Assembly: GCA_964507305.1 (NCBI GenBank)
Contig: CAZDPQ010000002.1
Coordinates: 1-51,712 of the forward strand
DNA length: 51,712 nucleotides
From: an uncultured Oscillospiraceae bacterium
Lineage (GTDB): Bacteria > Bacillota > Clostridia > Saccharofermentanales > UBA5734
Direction of reading: 5' to 3'
The notes beneath the pieces are model-generated. The model did not search any database and was not told the origin of the DNA. It saw only the letters and a list, made by a program, of their open reading frames with translations. A program made the position numbers and the translations under genes. Position 1 is the first letter of the stretch. Each line of letters starts with the position of its first letter. This document shows, piece by piece, positions 50,302 through 51,712 of the stretch.

Positions 50302-51712
50302 ATGGGACGCGCCGCTTTCCCATTGCGCGCGTCCGTTGCGGCAGCCACCGCTCTTTTGATGTTCGGGGTGCTTTCCGGCTGCCGCGGCGGGTCCGTCGGC
50401 CAGGATCCGGAAAGCAGGGAGGTATCCATGACGGTCAGCAATTCCCCTACGGCATCCGTTTCTCAGGGATCCGGATTCGATCCCGAAGGTCCGGTTTCTC
50501 CGGCATTCACGGATCTCCAGAAAGAACAGCAGCGGCTCCTTGCGAAGCAGCTTGCGGACGAACTGTCACGGGCTGCAGCGGAGGGACGGAAAGAATTCAC
50601 CGTACCGCCCGGAGATTACCGTTTTTCCGCGAACAGCGGGTATGCGATATCCGGCCTGAACGGCATGCACATTTTATGCAGCGGCGTTACGTTCTGGTTC
50701 GAGCGGCCTTCCGCTTCCCTGCTCGCAGACCCCGCGGGCCTCAGCCTGCGGGAGTGCTCGGATGTCGTCATCGAAGGGCTGACGGTCGATTTCGACCCTC
50801 CGCTTTTCATCCAGGGAAAAGTCAGCGCCTTTGATATTTCCGCCGGGACGATCGATTTCACGGTCGACGATGGCTTCCCTCTGCCCGGGAATTTCACCGG
50901 CCAGATCCTGCTTTATAAGGCAGACGGCACGATCATGCCTCAGGGCGTGCTGTATCAGTCGGGCGTACAGGATCTGGGCGGACGATCCCTCCGGGTTTCC
51001 GTCCAGGGCGCGTTCGGTACCGGCAATCAGAGTCCGGCGCTTCAGGAGGCTTTCGGACGCCGTGTCGTTCTTGAGTCCGGCGACTATGCCGCATTGCCTT
51101 TCCGGAGAGGTAAAGCGGTGTTTCTCGACCATTGCACCCGCGTTACGCTGAAGGATGTGTCGGTCTATGCTTCCCCCGGCATGGGGATCCTGGAAGGTTT
51201 CGGAGATGCCAATGTATTTGACGGGGTCCGGATCACGAGAAGGCCGGGCACCCGCCGGCTTCTATCCTGTATGGCAGACACGTTTCATTCGTATTCGGAC
51301 TTCACGGGCCCGCAGATCAGGAATTGCGAGTTTGCGTACAATTGCGATGATTTCATCAACATCCACGGTTTTTTCGGCATCGTGGCCGAAAGACTCGCCC
51401 CGGACCGGTATGCGGTCGGCACGATGGCCGGTGAGGAGCTTGTGCCCGGCGGCCGGCTGGATTTTTACGGGAAATATCTCATCGATGGACAGGGCAGCGC
51501 CGTGATCACGGAAGCCGTCCGCGCGCCCGGGTACGATGCGGCGCTCCTTGCGGCGGTCCGCGAAATGAAGACGCACGAGCACGCCGGGATGGCCACATAT
51601 CTTGTTACGCTGGACCATGATGTGACGGCGGACCGGAAATCGCTGGTGGACATCAACAGCAACAATGCTTCCGGCTTCCTGATCGAAAACAACCTCTTAC
51701 ACAGCAGCATGG
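50302..51712 (+). CDS. Lipoprotein with right-handed parallel beta-helix (pectin-lyase-fold) repeats, 5' part (gene runs off the right window edge)
   Basis: Not in the ORF track (no stop in the window). Manual translation gives MGRAAFPLRASVAAATALLMFGVLSGC (lipobox LSGC). Downstream are ...REFTVPPGDYRFS..., ...LRECSDVVIEGLTVDFD..., ...CTRVTLKDVSVYASPGMGI..., ...IRNCEFAYNCDDFINIHG... and ...SGFLIENNLL.... The ATG lies 1 nt after the upstream stop. Confidence 0.7.
   Translation, partial: MGRAAFPLRASVAAATALLMFGVLSGCRGGSVGQDPESREVSMTVSNSPTASVSQGSGFDPEGPVSPAFTDLQKEQQRLLAKQLADELSRAAAEGRKEFTVPPGDYRFSANSGYAISGLNGMHILCSGVTFWFERPSASLLADPAGLSLRECSDVVIEGLTVDFDPPLFIQGKVSAFDISAGTIDFTVDDGFPLPGNFTGQILLYKADGTIMPQGVLYQSGVQDLGGRSLRVSVQGAFGTGNQSPALQEAFGRRVVLESGDYAALPFRRGKAVFLDHCTRVTLKDVSVYASPGMGILEGFGDANVFDGVRITRRPGTRRLLSCMADTFHSYSDFTGPQIRNCEFAYNCDDFINIHGFFGIVAERLAPDRYAVGTMAGEELVPGGRLDFYGKYLIDGQGSAVITEAVRAPGYDAALLAAVREMKTHEHAGMATYLVTLDHDVTADRKSLVDINSNNASGFLIENNLLHSSM

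Overview
High-GC (about 60%) chromosomal window with the gene content and operon layout of a Clostridia-type Firmicute; an Oscillospiraceae/Ruminococcaceae-like gut organism is my inference only. I call about 41 protein genes and two stand-alone tRNA genes, tRNA-Lys(CTT) and tRNA-Glu(CTC), each with a near-consensus promoter and a bidirectional terminator. Two of the genes run off the window edges and are missing from the ORF track: comEC at the left and a beta-helix lipoprotein at the right. Most of the window is housekeeping:
- DNA uptake, repair and recombination: comEC, uvrA, a srtB-pdp-ruvC-ruvA-ruvB-queH operon, and a UVDE-DUF1722 fusion.
- Translation and quality control: engB, rqcH, a ClpC-like unfoldase.
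- Metabolism and cofactors: prs, argJ, hemW, an acn-gntR-citrate synthase operon, 5-formyl-THF cyclo-ligase, a RACo-type corrinoid activase, a pdxA-like gene.
- Cell wall: two tandem Amidase_3 genes and an M28 peptidase.

Two accessory glycan-related islands stand out. The first (12.4-19.4 kb) holds a divergent pair of BNR/Asp-box propeller paralogs, a GH38 alpha-mannosidase and a COG2509 FAD protein. The second (43-51.7 kb) holds a ricin-domain lipoprotein, a six-hairpin glycosidase-like protein, a surface protein with a sortase signal, a 781-aa protein I cannot place in a family, and a beta-helix lipoprotein.

I saw no CRISPR array, rRNA, transposase, integrase, prophage or recognisable defence system. 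The items most worth follow-up are:
- A perfect 17-bp inverted repeat pair bracketing 231 bp in the control region of the second island (possible inverton, MITE or operator).
- That poorly characterised glycan locus itself.
- A class B sortase fused to a CBM-like domain, with a candidate VQTGD substrate 35 kb away.
- A GntR regulator embedded in the acn-citrate synthase operon, with a perfect 14-bp palindrome at its promoter.

All family assignments come from motif recognition by eye. No database search was run.
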